From Balanoglossus misakiensis (lineage: Eukaryota; Animalia; Hemichordata), in contig CM082591.2 of NCBI GenBank assembly GCA_040954595.2, positions 5,673,009 through 5,737,008 of the forward strand: a stretch of DNA of 64,000 bases. The letters are read 5' to 3'. Position 1 is the stretch's first letter. Every line of letters begins with the position of its first letter. The position numbers were made by a program, and so were the translations under genes. Shown here in pieces: positions 39,281 to 51,665 of the stretch. The notes under the pieces are model-generated. The model had not been told where the DNA came from. It saw only the letters and a list, made by a program, of their open reading frames with translations, and searched no databases.

Positions 39281-40182
39281 AAGTCTGTGAGTTTCTGTTT
39301 GGTTGGGCATTAAGATTGTCTCCCTCTGGCGACAGAATAAACAGCGTACTTCTGTTTTTACATTGTAGCGGCTGCGACTGAAATAAAACGTTAAAATATA
39401 GTGAAGTCAGACTTTATTTGTGAAAATAATTTCAAGAGTATATTTAGCTTCATTTTTATTAGTTAAAATTGACATACTTTGATATTGGAATCGTCGGCGT
39501 TGAGAAATTATTTTGAGATATGTTCCCTCCAGGTGGGCTGTTGTGTAGTGCGCCCGCAGGCGACCGACCAATAGATGTCTATCCCGCGAAGAGGTGATGC
39601 AGTTGTAGTGAGACGCGATGTTGCTTGCTGTGTTTGGGCCTATGGATGACCAGACCTGTAGCGTTGACATCGAAAATTACATGTACGTAGTCCTATACAT
39701 TTCACCAATCCAGGGACCCTCTTCGAAGCTTCCATTAGTATATTACATATAATCTTATATTTGATCGTTTTCACATGCAACGATGAGATAAGTATTCAAC
39801 CAACGTTTTGAATTGTCCAACATGAAAGTAGTAGACACAGTAATATTGAGGAGAGATAAGCATTTGCCAGTGAAAGCGAAGACCGTTTATCATTCAATGG
39901 CGTTAAGTGTTATCTAGACATCTGGAACTGGGACTTCAACGCACGTGATAATAAATCACACGTGATAACAACCCTTTAGTTGTTTGTTGTTCTGGTATTA
40001 CATTCCTCCATTCCTAGCAACCAAAACTTGCCTGTTTCCTCGATTGCGACGTTACCTGTTTAAACACGATTTCTATCACCGAACAACTTCATTTCCCTTT
40101 CGAAACGAAAAATCGCCACTTCGAAATGCCACAGAAGTCATATTTGGTTAACGTTTCTCGCCCCAGTTTGTCGCCTTCTGAA

Positions 40183-40538
40183 TTAAAGGGACAAAGTCTC
40201 TCTCTCGCTGCCCTTTTTTCCATTAATTATATTTGATACAAGACGCCGTTTGTTATTCTACATGTGGATATATAGTGAATGAACGTTCAACTGCACACAC
40301 CTTCCATCCCTCTTATAGACAGGAGAGTGAAAAAACTCGCCAAAATGAATAATTGTTCTTTACCATTTATTCATTTTGGGCGAGTTTTTACTCTCATATC
40401 ATACAAGTGGGATTGAAGTTGTTTGTGGTCGAACGTTGATTCACTATATATCCACATGTACACTAACATAAACAGTGTCTTGTATCAAACATAATTAATG
40501 GAAAAAAGGGCAGCGAGAGAGAGACTTTGTCCCTTTAA
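40183..40538 (+). mobile_element. MITE family A, full length
   Basis: TTAA|AGGGACAAAGTCTCTCTCTCGCTGCCC...GGGCAGCGAGAGAGAGACTTTGTCCCT|TTAA. Confidence 0.92.
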
Positions 40539-41678
40539 GGCTCGTTAGATGTAACGTTTCGCTATGTTTCAGTATTTTTGTTCTGTGTATCTACTACAGT
40601 TCCTTGTTCTAATTCCTGAAACGTGATGAAATGCAAAGCAAATATCGACACAACATATATATATATAGTAAGTTAGCATTGTTATTGTGCAACGTTTGAA
40701 TTCAAGTCCGGACTAGAACTCGGTTGTCAACAATAACAATGGCTATTACACACATCATGCTATGTTGACAAGTGGAGTACTGGGTATATATAGCATGTTG
40801 TTTGGAGTTGAGCAAGACATTTATTTTGATACACAGAGCAAGATATAAAGGAAATAAAGCCAAAATATGAAGATAATGCCCCTTTAAGTATCCTACAAAT
40901 GGCTTGTTTCCATATCAATCAAGAAACACAAAGACAAATGCATTATGCTTAATGATTTTGGATTGTAGTATAATGCATAGTACATTTAACTCTGAAACAA
41001 GACTGCTTTGGTATAAATAACAGTGCACGTTTTCAGTTGATTTTCAAGGACTTATAAGCATAGCTCATGAGAAGGACGCATGTTTCCCAGTAAGAGACAA
41101 CTTCCTAATAATACTAAGTTCTTCAGTATTTTCTCATTTCAAACACACAACCGGCACCTGCCAATTATCGTTCACAGTGACCGTTTGACGTCCCCGGACA
41201 TATTTGAAATGCGCGACTCCCCTCAAATTTCTCTGAATTACTAAAAGCCCAACCCCGTGTAACCTCCAAACGTACATACGTCGCATACTTGTGGATATTG
41301 TAGGAAGGCTTAATAAGGGAGATCTGCACAATACAATCTATACAATTTTATATTGTATTGTATTGTATTGTATTTTATACCAGTGTGGTTGTCGTACGCG
41401 TCAACGTCGTGTTTGCCAACACGCGGATGCTGCAAACCGTTTTGTCTAGCACGCGTCATTGACATATCAACAGACAAAGATCAAATTGTCTGTGACATAC
41501 CTGAGATCAGATAGCCTTGTAGGATGAGCATGTGTTATCTTGCTTAATGCTATGTTTACACGTGCATTTGTGATGGTACTTTATGAATGTTATGTGCATA
41601 CATACATACATACATACACCTACGTTTCTGTGAAATTTCTCCAGTACATATTCTGAAATGGCTTTTATGAAATGACCA

Positions 41679-41964
41679 TAAGGCCAAAAAAAATATGTGC
41701 TGTTCCGATAACATTGTTTTCAAAAAAGGGTAGGCAGGTAGGGAAATGTTTTTTTATTTTGCAATTTTTTATATCTTTGGCTACCATAGTGTAAAGAATG
41801 ACGTCATAGTTTTGTGTGATTCTCGCAATTTTCATAAATTGTGTATATTTGACATCGTTATTCTTACTTCCGGTTTACGAAGCTCTAAAATGTTTAGGGT
41901 CGGCGGGCTAAAATTAGGGTAGGTCGGGTAATCGGAACAGCACATATTTTTTTATTTGGCCTAA
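41679..41964 (-). mobile_element. MITE family B (PIF/Harbinger-like), TAA TSD
   Basis: TAA|GGCCAAAAAAAATATGTGCTGTTCCGAT...ATCGGAACAGCACATATTTTTTTATTTGGCC|TAA; internal sequence is the reverse complement of 1361-1634. Confidence 0.88.
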
Positions 41965-44440
41965 AGTCAACTGCTGAGGATCATAATGTAGATTTACTTC
42001 AAATACTTCCCATGGTTGTTTTCAAAGATTCGGTGCTATAGTATTGGTAGATGTTTAAAAAGTCTCACGTCCTTGGCGCGCAATGCCATACAATTTGTTC
42101 TAAATGTCGGTCATGTCATTGGTGACGTCAGCCCGGTTGTTTTGGGGGCACCTGGGCATAGACGTTCAGACGGAAAATAGTTGACTAACAAGCTATGACT
42201 CACGCAACATGAATGTAAACAGCACTTCGTTACTTTAGGAAAATAACACATAAATTTAACGCTTGACGTTGTGTCCACTGAGACGGAGCAGCTACAAAGT
42301 GATGTGTCCCGCTTTCTGAGCCAGGTTAGCTGATTTGTCATGTTTACACCGTGGCGACTAAGTAAAGGCGTCGATGGCGTCGGTTTGAATCAGCGATTCT
42401 TTCAATTTTTGACATCACATAGAGGTTCGCGGAATGTGCGCACGTATTCTGACGTCACCTTACGAAGCTATACACATTATCGCGGCAATTTGCACATAAC
42501 ACATTATTTCATTGCGCTATAAGATATTCTTACCTGGAAAGTTTTTTTCTCAAGAAAACAAATCTTGACACTAAAACAGAGCTTAAATATTTTCGCAAAG
42601 CATGTTGAATTTTGTTGAATGCATTGTGGAAGTGATTTGTTGCTCTAGAGTCCTTCACTGCAAAATGTATTACTTGGCGGGATATTTTCGCACCTACCGA
42701 AATCAAAGTGTCCGTGTCCTTCGGGGAACACAGCATACTCCCGTCGAGGGAAAGCATTCCCCCTTTTCCCGTCTACAGCGCTGCGACTCATTTTAACAAT
42801 TTAACGTCGTTCTTTACGTGCGACTCAATTTATGCAGCGCCAACATATTAACCGCTATCAAAAGCAGCTGTAGAATTCATATATTTTAGCCGGTTTTCTT
42901 TACGATACGGTTACTTAGACATCCGTTGCCGAGGAAACGAAATACAACCAGCTCTGAAAAACCACAGTGTCGTCAGTAAAAGTTTCCGCTCATGTCGAGC
43001 CATGCTTTGGGTCGGCGCAAATCGATTTCCTTTCCCCGACAGCGTCGCCTGTTCATTGGAGCATTTCAACTTCTGCCCAGGGGCAATAAACGACTTGGGA
43101 AGGTGACTTGAGAAAATCCTCCTGATGTTGAAACAACACCATTATACTTGAGACAAGAGATCTCAGTGGTTTGTTATTTTTGAATTTCTTTTCTCCTGCT
43201 CGAGAAACAATCGTTGGAGGAAAAAGATGTGATTAGCCGATAACTTGTGCGCATTCCGAAGAGATCAATTCGCCAGAGGTAGTTTACAAAGCATAGGGGA
43301 TTCTCTGGCGCTCACTCCTTCAATCGGAGCTACCCGAGTGTACAGTCACGTGACTGTTGCCCCGCCACCCAGGGCGCCTGAAGTTTCAAGCCACATTTGA
43401 AGGTCTGTCGCCGCGGTGGACAATCGACGCATGATGTTAGGATCTTTGGCGTTAATGACGAGTCTGTTTTTTTCTGATGGGAAAGTGCGCGTAGTGCAGT
43501 GGAGTGTGATATTGGAACAAAGGAGGGCGTCAGCGACGGTGCTTAGCATTTCCCTGGGGAGGGGGAGGGGAAGGGCGAGGTCTGAAAAAGAGCTTATTCA
43601 CATACCTATACCTCTTGTGTTGACAAATCCTGGAGATAAATATTAATGGCTGATTATCTTTCGATTCAGTCTAAAGTGCCTGTATCATAATAATTGGTAT
43701 TTATTGATATCAAACAAACCATACGTTTTCGCTATATGGCTAATACCTTTTCATTGTTTGCTTAGGTAAAGTCCTTCCCCAAGGGATGTGCAGATAAAAA
43801 CAAGCCTTAAACATGATGACGACGGTGAAATAGTCTGACATTTGCAGAGTCAAAACTAAACACATTCAGTTAGGCACTTACACTTCTGTCTCTTGACCAC
43901 CCACATATCCCCGGCGTAAGCAAACAGACCGTAACAACAGTAAATTTCTTCCTCGTCAGTCAGACCACTTGTTGCTGTTCGTGACGCAGTTCATTCTCAT
44001 CCCTTCTAGAACACGCTTGTTCTTCCTTTCTTTTTTGATTGCAATTAATTTTCACATCGAAGCTTCTGGCAATGTGTTCGCACATATTTGCCTTCATCAT
44101 ATAGCCCTATCTGTCCCGATGAAGCCTATTAAGAAAATAAAAAATACAGCCCTATGTATCTCATTTTCATTTTAAAATGATTCACAACATGAACAGTGTA
44201 AACACTCACGGCTCTCTTATATACAACTGAAGAATTGTAATGGCCTATTGAATTAATTATACGCACAGAAATTACGTCATTCAATTTGCATATTAAACCT
44301 CTATAAGTATATTCCAGGCATGGCAATGGCGACAACACTGATATGTCATTGATATTTCAAACAACAATAGTAACAGCGCTTAAACAAAAACGTGATAACT
44401 GTCTCATTGCGATACATAAAGACATGAATGCGTATATGCG

Positions 44441-44625
44441 TTATAGGTATACGGTCACCTAAAAAATTACATATTCATATGTATGGTCAACTGAAAGGAC
44501 ATAGATTGTCGAAAGGCCATGTTGTGGCGCTTTTTTCCGCGTGTGCCACCCACTGAAAATCTATGATTGGCTATTGAATTTTCCATGGTTACCGTTATAT
44601 TTGCATATTGACTGTATACCTTTAA
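44441..44625 (+). mobile_element. MITE family C
   Basis: AGGTATACGGTCACCT...TGACTGTATACCT|TTAA with the same core. Confidence 0.83.
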
Positions 44626-45240
44626 CACTGATTCTCTTCTGATGCTTGCAGAATCTTTCCATAAGTTTCATTATTTTACACTTTTTACTGATGTTATGGA
44701 AACTAAGAACTTTTTGTTGAAATATTTTATGAGTACTGAAACACTGCTTTTAGCGCTCCCTTTTCCTTTTTTAGTTCCCCTTGGTGTACAATCGAAGTAC
44801 AAACCCCTCAGGGCACGGCTAAAGTAGTTGTTACTTCGCCAGAAGGTGGTGGGGTCTGAAGCTAAAACCTCGTGATTTATAGCGCGGGGGTCGTCACGTG
44901 ACCCGACCAGACACTGACCAGAGTCAAGAGTTGGACAAAAGACAGACAGAGACTGTCAGAGAACATGCTGATCCTTTGAGGTTAAACTTTGGTTTCCCAT
45001 CAAGGGGTCTTAATGTCACCTTGCTGCGGTAAAATGACACATTGTACGGATAAATAACAGCGGGGGATCGGGTACTGGCCACAACCAGGGAATCCCACTG
45101 GCGATGAAGGCCGTCTGAAACTAATACCGTTAGTAAAGAAATAAAATAAAACTACACTTTTTGTCGCTTCAAGTTCCCTAACACACATCATTTGTGAAGA
45201 AATTCTCATGGATCTCTTTCATTTAAACAACGCAAACCGT

Positions 45241-45418
45241 GGTGTATCAGAACGGTGTGTATCTAAACGGAATGTATCAGAATGTAAAATGGAGAGTATC
45301 AGAAGGAAAAGTACAATGTATTTGAATGTAGAAAATTGAGTGTGTCATAGTAAGGGTGAGTATCAGAATACAGTGTATCAGAATGTGTATGCGTATATGA
45401 ATGGGGTGTATCAGTATG
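45241..45418. repeat. Degenerate minisatellite built on GTATCAGAA
   Basis: GTATCAG(AA) recurs at least six times at irregular spacing. Confidence 0.7.
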
Positions 45419-47413
45419 GAACCTCTGACGACATCTTTGTATAGATTCACCAGCCTGCAGTTATCCATGGGCGCCAATCGGTCTGGCGAGTTAGCCTACA
45501 TTGTGCCCGGTTCATTTTGTGAGCTTCGTCTTTACATTGTTAGAAACTGACACATATATTCTGTATACTGTTTGAGGTTTAGTGCTGTCTTGCTGCAAAA
45601 TGGTATGTCCCTTTCCCGTGTCACTGGATAGCAACTGCAACATTGTGTGGATTGACTCAATTTTTGCCAACCTAAAATCCTGATCTTGATGTCGGACGAC
45701 TGTTAAGTGTCAACTGTGCCTATACATAGACCACATTTCGTTACATAGTTTGGAATATATACACTATACATGTGAGACCTACATCAATAGGTAGCTATTA
45801 GATATCACGTGAGCAACAATGAATGCCCGGGTTCAGGGATTGTGACAGCGTGTTAATCGTATTAGTTGGACAGGGCCTTGTATGTTTTGACGAGAAGTTG
45901 CACAGCCAATTGAAAAGGCATCGTACATAATAAGCTGAATGTATCAAACAACGTATACACACTTGAAAAAACCACAGTGCGGTGGGAAGCTCCTTTTACA
46001 CAGTTACCAAGCTACCAGGCGGTGGGGGACAACCACGCATACACGGAATGGTGTGAAAACTCGCTCGCTGTGACCGGCGGTACTGTTACCAAGCGGGAGT
46101 CTTCAAAGAAGGGCATATACTGACCATGGCGGTTGGCATTAATGTGAAGCCTCCAGCACTCCGATGAATGTCCATGGTAAGTGCAAAGTAGATAGGATTT
46201 GTGACGTCATTTTCATGTGCGAATTAATGAAGTTGAACCGAAATTGTGATTATGATTGCCCGGAATGAAACATGTCTATGCAAGAGCCCGGTTCTCGACA
46301 TGTGTTTTATATTTGACTTATCCTTCTATGGTTACGCAGTAAAACTAATTTTATTTGGTTGAGACGAAAATAAGTCTTGCCTCTTTAATACGTAGCGCAG
46401 ATCACAAATGGACACAAATTCACGAAAACGATGGTTATTTTACTGTGTAAGGCAGATAGATATTATTGATTATCGACCAAATCATACAGAGTAAATAAAA
46501 AAAACTAGGTTATTGGTGCTGTTAGTGCAGTTATGGTATAATGAGGAAACGACAACTGTTCGAACTTTAATGCCGTCATGGCGTGGGAACTACATCTGGC
46601 TGTTGCACGTGGACGTCTGCCCGTGTAACGGACTCCTCATCCAGACCAGCTCCCTGGTCGAATATTAGCTTTCTCTTTCGCACCATTCAAAAATGTTACC
46701 GACCAAAACAGATTGAAACAGATACGGACCATGGGAGACATTTGATCCGCAGAACACGGTTACTGTTCGGGGGGACGAGTTGAGACGATACCGCTGGCGG
46801 GCGATTATGGAGTGTGTCTGCATATCATATTCACATTTTTCATGTCATGTCCCGTTCTCTGGTGGTAGCCTGTACATAGTTGCATTTTATTACTGCGCGG
46901 CCTTTGACCTCGCTGTGATCTATTAGTAAGCGTCACTCCCACTGGATTAATAAGTCTCTTTTTTGTGCCAGTGGATTATTTTAGTCTCTCCTGCCGTGCT
47001 GTGTTTCCCTGCGTGTTGATTTTTAGTTGGAAAGTAAGACTTCTGGTGTGCGAGTGTTTTGCATAAACTGAAGAGGTTTTGGGTAAGTGCCGCTGCCGCC
47101 GAAGTTAACGAAGGTCACTTCTTAGCTATTGTCTCGCTTCCGCCTTTCTGACTTCGTTGTTAAATCACCCAAAATAGTTGGGTAAGCCCATTCCTTTGTT
47201 ATTCGTCTGTAAGTTGAATTGATATGGTAGTGCTAACTCTCACTATACATCCGATCATCAGTCTAGGGAGATCTTTCCCATCATCAAAGAGGTCTTTAGT
47301 GCGCATGTCTCATAAGTGTGGACGGCTTGTCGAATTTTCAGCTATTTTCAGATTTCTGACTGTGCTTTCAAGCAAACAAATACGAACCATGGGATCAAAA
47401 GTCTTACACCTAG

Positions 47414-47618
47414 TTAGGGAGAACCATTTGATTTCTGGGGGGTTGGGGAATTTGGGTATGTATTTTTTTCAACCATGGTTACTGCACATTATTACGAGTC
47501 CACCTTTTTCTTCATGCCACCGTAGAAGATTTTTTTTCCTCGGCACCATCTGCCATCAAAATCTTTCCCCAAAATCTTCCAGTAACCCCCCCCCCCCGAA
47601 ATCAAACTGTTCTCCCCT
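47414..47618. mobile_element. Harbinger-like MITE with G/C-run TIRs
   Basis: TTA|GGGAGAACCATTTGATTTCTGGGGGG ... CCCCCCGAAATCAAACTGTTCTCCC; right TSD not clean. Confidence 0.7.
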
Positions 47619-49477
47619 GTGAAGAAGCTTCAAGTATCATTTCGCATTTTTATCTGTTTTGGCAGAGGTTTTCATTATGTATATACATGTACCTCGCGAC
47701 CATTGTTTAAAACTGTCCCCATTCACACGACGGGCCGATCAGTACAAAACTGCCACATGCAAATATCGACCAGGTGCTCCTAATTTCTCCGATTAAGAGT
47801 ATAATCACGTGGTCGTGTACTCGACGCCGGGACAAAGGTAATAAGGCCACTGCTATAAGATTCGCTGTGTCCTCAATTGCCCCCATCTATGCGTTATTGA
47901 ATTAACATGGCGTAAAGTTTTAATATAAGACATATGTCGTCTGTCTCAGTTCCCAATGGGCGTCACGATATCATATGATATTCATCGTATTTTATGACAC
48001 GGCTTGCATCGCTGAGTAAAATTTGATCCTCATGACACAGCGTCGTGTCCTTATACAGTTTCTCGGTATAAAGGCGCCACTGGGTGTTTTACTTGCGTTT
48101 TTTTCCAAGTTTAGCATCTTACAACCCACTCTTCAAATGTTTGATCTCCACTATTCAGGCGGAAACGGGCACGAGTAGATTTTCATGAAGCTGGAGTTTG
48201 TTCTTGCATTGTGCACAGCGCCGATAAACTTTATGACGTCATAAAATGGCGGCCATGATGAGGCCGAGATTGCGCTCGTAAATCTTGGCTTCAAAACGTG
48301 CCTCCATTGATCCGTTCGCCCAATTGAGGTCCCGTTACTCTTTCATTCTTTTTTTTGCAACTGTCAGTACTTTGTTCTCTGCGGTGATGGATGGTCTGGG
48401 AAAAAAACTCGATCAAGTTGCACGCGTTGTGTACTGCAGTTTGAGTTTGGGTTCTCTCTCCCCCATTGACCCCACTCGACGCGGATAAATCTCTAAGTGC
48501 CCTTAAAATCGCCACACTTCACTTTTCAGCGACAAACTAACAGATGCACAGTGTCGACGAATAGCCATCAATTTCAAGCCACCCAAATTACCATGTTTTG
48601 TTTGAAGTTCAACTTTCACACCAAGAACATGTGTTTCACATGTGTTGCTGAAAGAGGAAGTCGGTTGTCGCCCACTGATTTGCATTTTTATGATTTAAAT
48701 ATCACATTTATGGTCATATATCTTCGGCCACACCAGACATCATTTGCATACTTATTGTGCTCCCACTCTCGCGCGCGCTTTACTTTGTAAATACAATAGT
48801 TCGAGGGAGTCTACCTAACGTTTTAAAATCTCCCAAATTATCGAAACTTGCGTCGCCGACAAGAACACCTTTTTTGAGTTTGTGGAGATTCTAATACGGG
48901 TGTGCGCATATATGACAATTACTGTGTACTCTTACTGTAGAAGGCTAATTAAACGGGTGTGACACCGGTTTATTATTTCACTATTTCACAGTGAAGCATA
49001 AAGCCACGATCAGAGGTTGATAACACATATGTGTGTATGCCCGTCCGTAAGCTTGTTAATGCGGACTGGTCTAAGTTTGAAAGTAAAATCTTGAAATAAA
49101 ATGCAAAAATTGCAGCTATTGGGGCTTTAACACCCCTTCAGCGATGACGCAACAGGCAGAGTAACACTGTCTCCGTCTACCACTACCGGGAGTAAGAGTA
49201 ACGGTTACTTTAATTAAATTAAATAGGGTTAATATCGTGAGAGAATGGTCCCCTGAGAAAGCAGCGTTTAAAACTGATCTCCGCGGAAATCTCCGTAGCG
49301 CATTAAAACTAACCACAATTTCAAGTCTCTATTGTGTCGTCTGCACTGTCTTGTCCCAGCGGATCGAACCGCCCTAATTGGAGTAGCATCCATATGCTAA
49401 ACCACCGCAATTGTGTTTTGGTGGAAGTGATAGCTCATTGCTGCATAGTGCGAGTCTTTGAAATGTGCTGAGTAATT

Positions 49478-49589
49478 GGGACTCCCTAGACTCTCTCACA
49501 GCCCACGGTTCGCTACAAGGCTCTCCCCATATCAGTCGATAAGCCTGCATGGACGACGAGAGGGGCTGTGAGAGAGTCTAGGGACTCCC
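49478..49589. mobile_element. 94-bp MITE with perfect 18-bp TIRs (TAG...CTA) and a 9-bp TSD (Academ/AcademH-like or MULE-like)
   Basis: GGGACTCCC|TAGACTCTCTCACAGCCC...GGGCTGTGAGAGAGTCTA|GGGACTCCC; the element proper is 49487-49580. Confidence 0.85.
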
Positions 49590-50220
49590 GTGCCTTTACT
49601 CACAATTTGACAAGACTGCCTTTTGTGTAGCGACATACGCGCGCTGAATCCTACAGCATTGCTACCTCGCAGATGCGCAGTAACTCAAAATTTGATATGC
49701 GCTTCAAAAAAAGGTTAAAGAAATACTGCAATCGTTCTTTACATACATGCTACTGTACCGTTGTCATTCTAAATCGACGCAATAAGTGAGGTTATCATAA
49801 TAAATTTCATAGAAGAAAACAACTGTGCGTTTAACCCGTTGTCGTGACCAGAGAGATAATAATGTGCTGGCCATGACTCATTAACATAGTTATAACATAT
49901 TCATTTTATTAAACTATTGTCCACCAAGTCAGAAGGCTGTATTCCACGAATAGCTTCAAAGTGTGACACACAGACAATTACAAGAAAGTTTTGGAGTATG
50001 CCATTAGCAGTTGTTTTGCATGTTTTAAATCTTAACACAATTAAGTGTCTAGGGTTGTCTTAAAAGATTATTTCTTCATGGATAGCTCCGATCAATTGAT
50101 CTTTGGAGGACCCTTAGAGCGTTTCAGCATCAACTGCGCGCGCCTGCAGATACTTGGTGTCGATAGCGCGCAGTTCAAACCTGAGATATATTCAGTGTCT
50201 TGTGGGAAAGGATCATTGAA

Positions 50221-50504
50221 TTAAAGGGACAAAGTCTCTCTCTCGCTGCCCTTTTTCCATTAATCATGTTTGATACAAGACACTGTTTACGTTAATGTAT
50301 ATGTGTATGTGTAATGAATGAACGAGACCGATTATTCATTTTAGCGAGTATTTTCACTCTCGTGTCTACAAGTGGGATGAAAGTTGTGTGTGGTTGAACA
50401 TTGATTTAGTATACATATCCACATGTACATTAACACAAACAGTGTCTTGTATCAAACATATTTAATGGAAAGAGGGCAACACGAGAGAGACTTTGTCCAT
50501 TTAA
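50221..50504 (-). mobile_element. MITE family A, both ends with an internal deletion
   Basis: TTAA|AGGGACAAAGTC...GACTTTGTCCAT|TTAA; the inner part of the left arm is missing. Confidence 0.88.
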
Positions 50505-51093
50505 AATAGGCAAATGTAAAGTAACATACTGACGGGCATATGTGATCAAATGATAGCGAAGTCACGGTCACCCGTGAGACGCCCTTTGTCGAAATCAACC
50601 GCAGCGTGACCACGCTTTTCTCGTGCCGCAACAAAAAGGCCACTGTTTGCACTGGACTTGCTTGTTTATTTATGAGACACATAAAAAACTGTATAGATAT
50701 TATTCACGAAACCGCTCATTAAAATGACGGCATTAGTGTTAAATTTAACCAGAATGCAAGGGTCGTAGCCACCCCCTCAAGAAAGCAGTACCAGTTTCTG
50801 CCAATTATCTTGTGTTATGCGAATTGCATTCAACTGTAAACCAAGAAAGATACACGAGGGGTCAAGGGGCAAATGAAAAGTCGAAAGGATACCGGGACGA
50901 TGACTTGTATCTAAGATGTGATCTGCTGTTGTAGTAACACCGGTAACTGTATGATGATATATCACAATTGGACTGAAATTAAGCATAATTACGTGCGTAT
51001 AAAATGTGTAAAAATCTCAGCGATATTGATCATTTTAAAGCATTGTTTATATAGAATTCAAATCGTGTTTGATATGTATGTACAGCTAATCAT

Positions 51094-51134
51094 CAGTCAG
51101 AGAGACAGTCAGTCAGTCAGTCAGGCATGCAGGC

Positions 51135-51173
<39 letters not shown>

Positions 51174-51189
51174 AAGACAGTCAGACAGA
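51094..51189. repeat. (CAGT)/(GACA)n compound microsatellite
   Basis: Read directly. Confidence 0.9.
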
Positions 51190-51543
51190 GTGTGGCATTT
51201 GGTGTCTACCAAGTACTATACCATACTGTCGTGATGTGACCCTAATTCATATTTAATTATATTAAGTGATTAAAAGGCATGGACTGTGTCACTAATCCGG
51301 ATTTAATCGGAAAAGCGCGCAGCTCATCTGATCTTTTTTTTTTGTTTCTTCATACAATAAAACGTTACGTGCCGCCGACAGAGTGTGACCTTACCTACAG
51401 TTGTTAGCGGCTATTAAGCTAAATTCACTATTTGATATTACAAACAATGACTGAATGGACGATATAATGAAATTGAGAATGTGTTATGATACACAAAGTA
51501 AGTCATAAAAACGTAAATAAAACCGTTTATCGTGTTAACAAAA

Positions 51544-51665
51544 GTGGGTGGGGAACTGTATTGTACATCGCGGATTTAAAAGCAGTGAGTGGGAGGGGTT
51601 TATACGTGTCAATCACGTGAGAGGTGATTATATAAAGAAGACTAGGTGATACTGTAATCCAAGCA
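51544..51665 (+). promoter_or_regulatory. Candidate core promoter: GC/GT boxes, E-box, TATA
   Basis: GTGGGTGGG (51544), GGGAGGGG (51591), TCACGTGA (51613), TATATAAAG (51629-51637). No downstream CDS identified. Confidence 0.4.

Noticed and set aside
42528-42840. Minus-strand first exon with CAG|GTAAGA donor (antisense transcript over the precursor gene)
   Set aside because: About one such donor per strand is expected by chance in 64 kb, and I could not build a consistent exon chain.
46004-47090. Plus-strand exon candidates ending ATG|GTAAGT (46176) and TGG|GTAAGT (47082)
   Set aside because: The 46004-46176 candidate has stops in all three frames and neither has a supporting promoter or partner exon.
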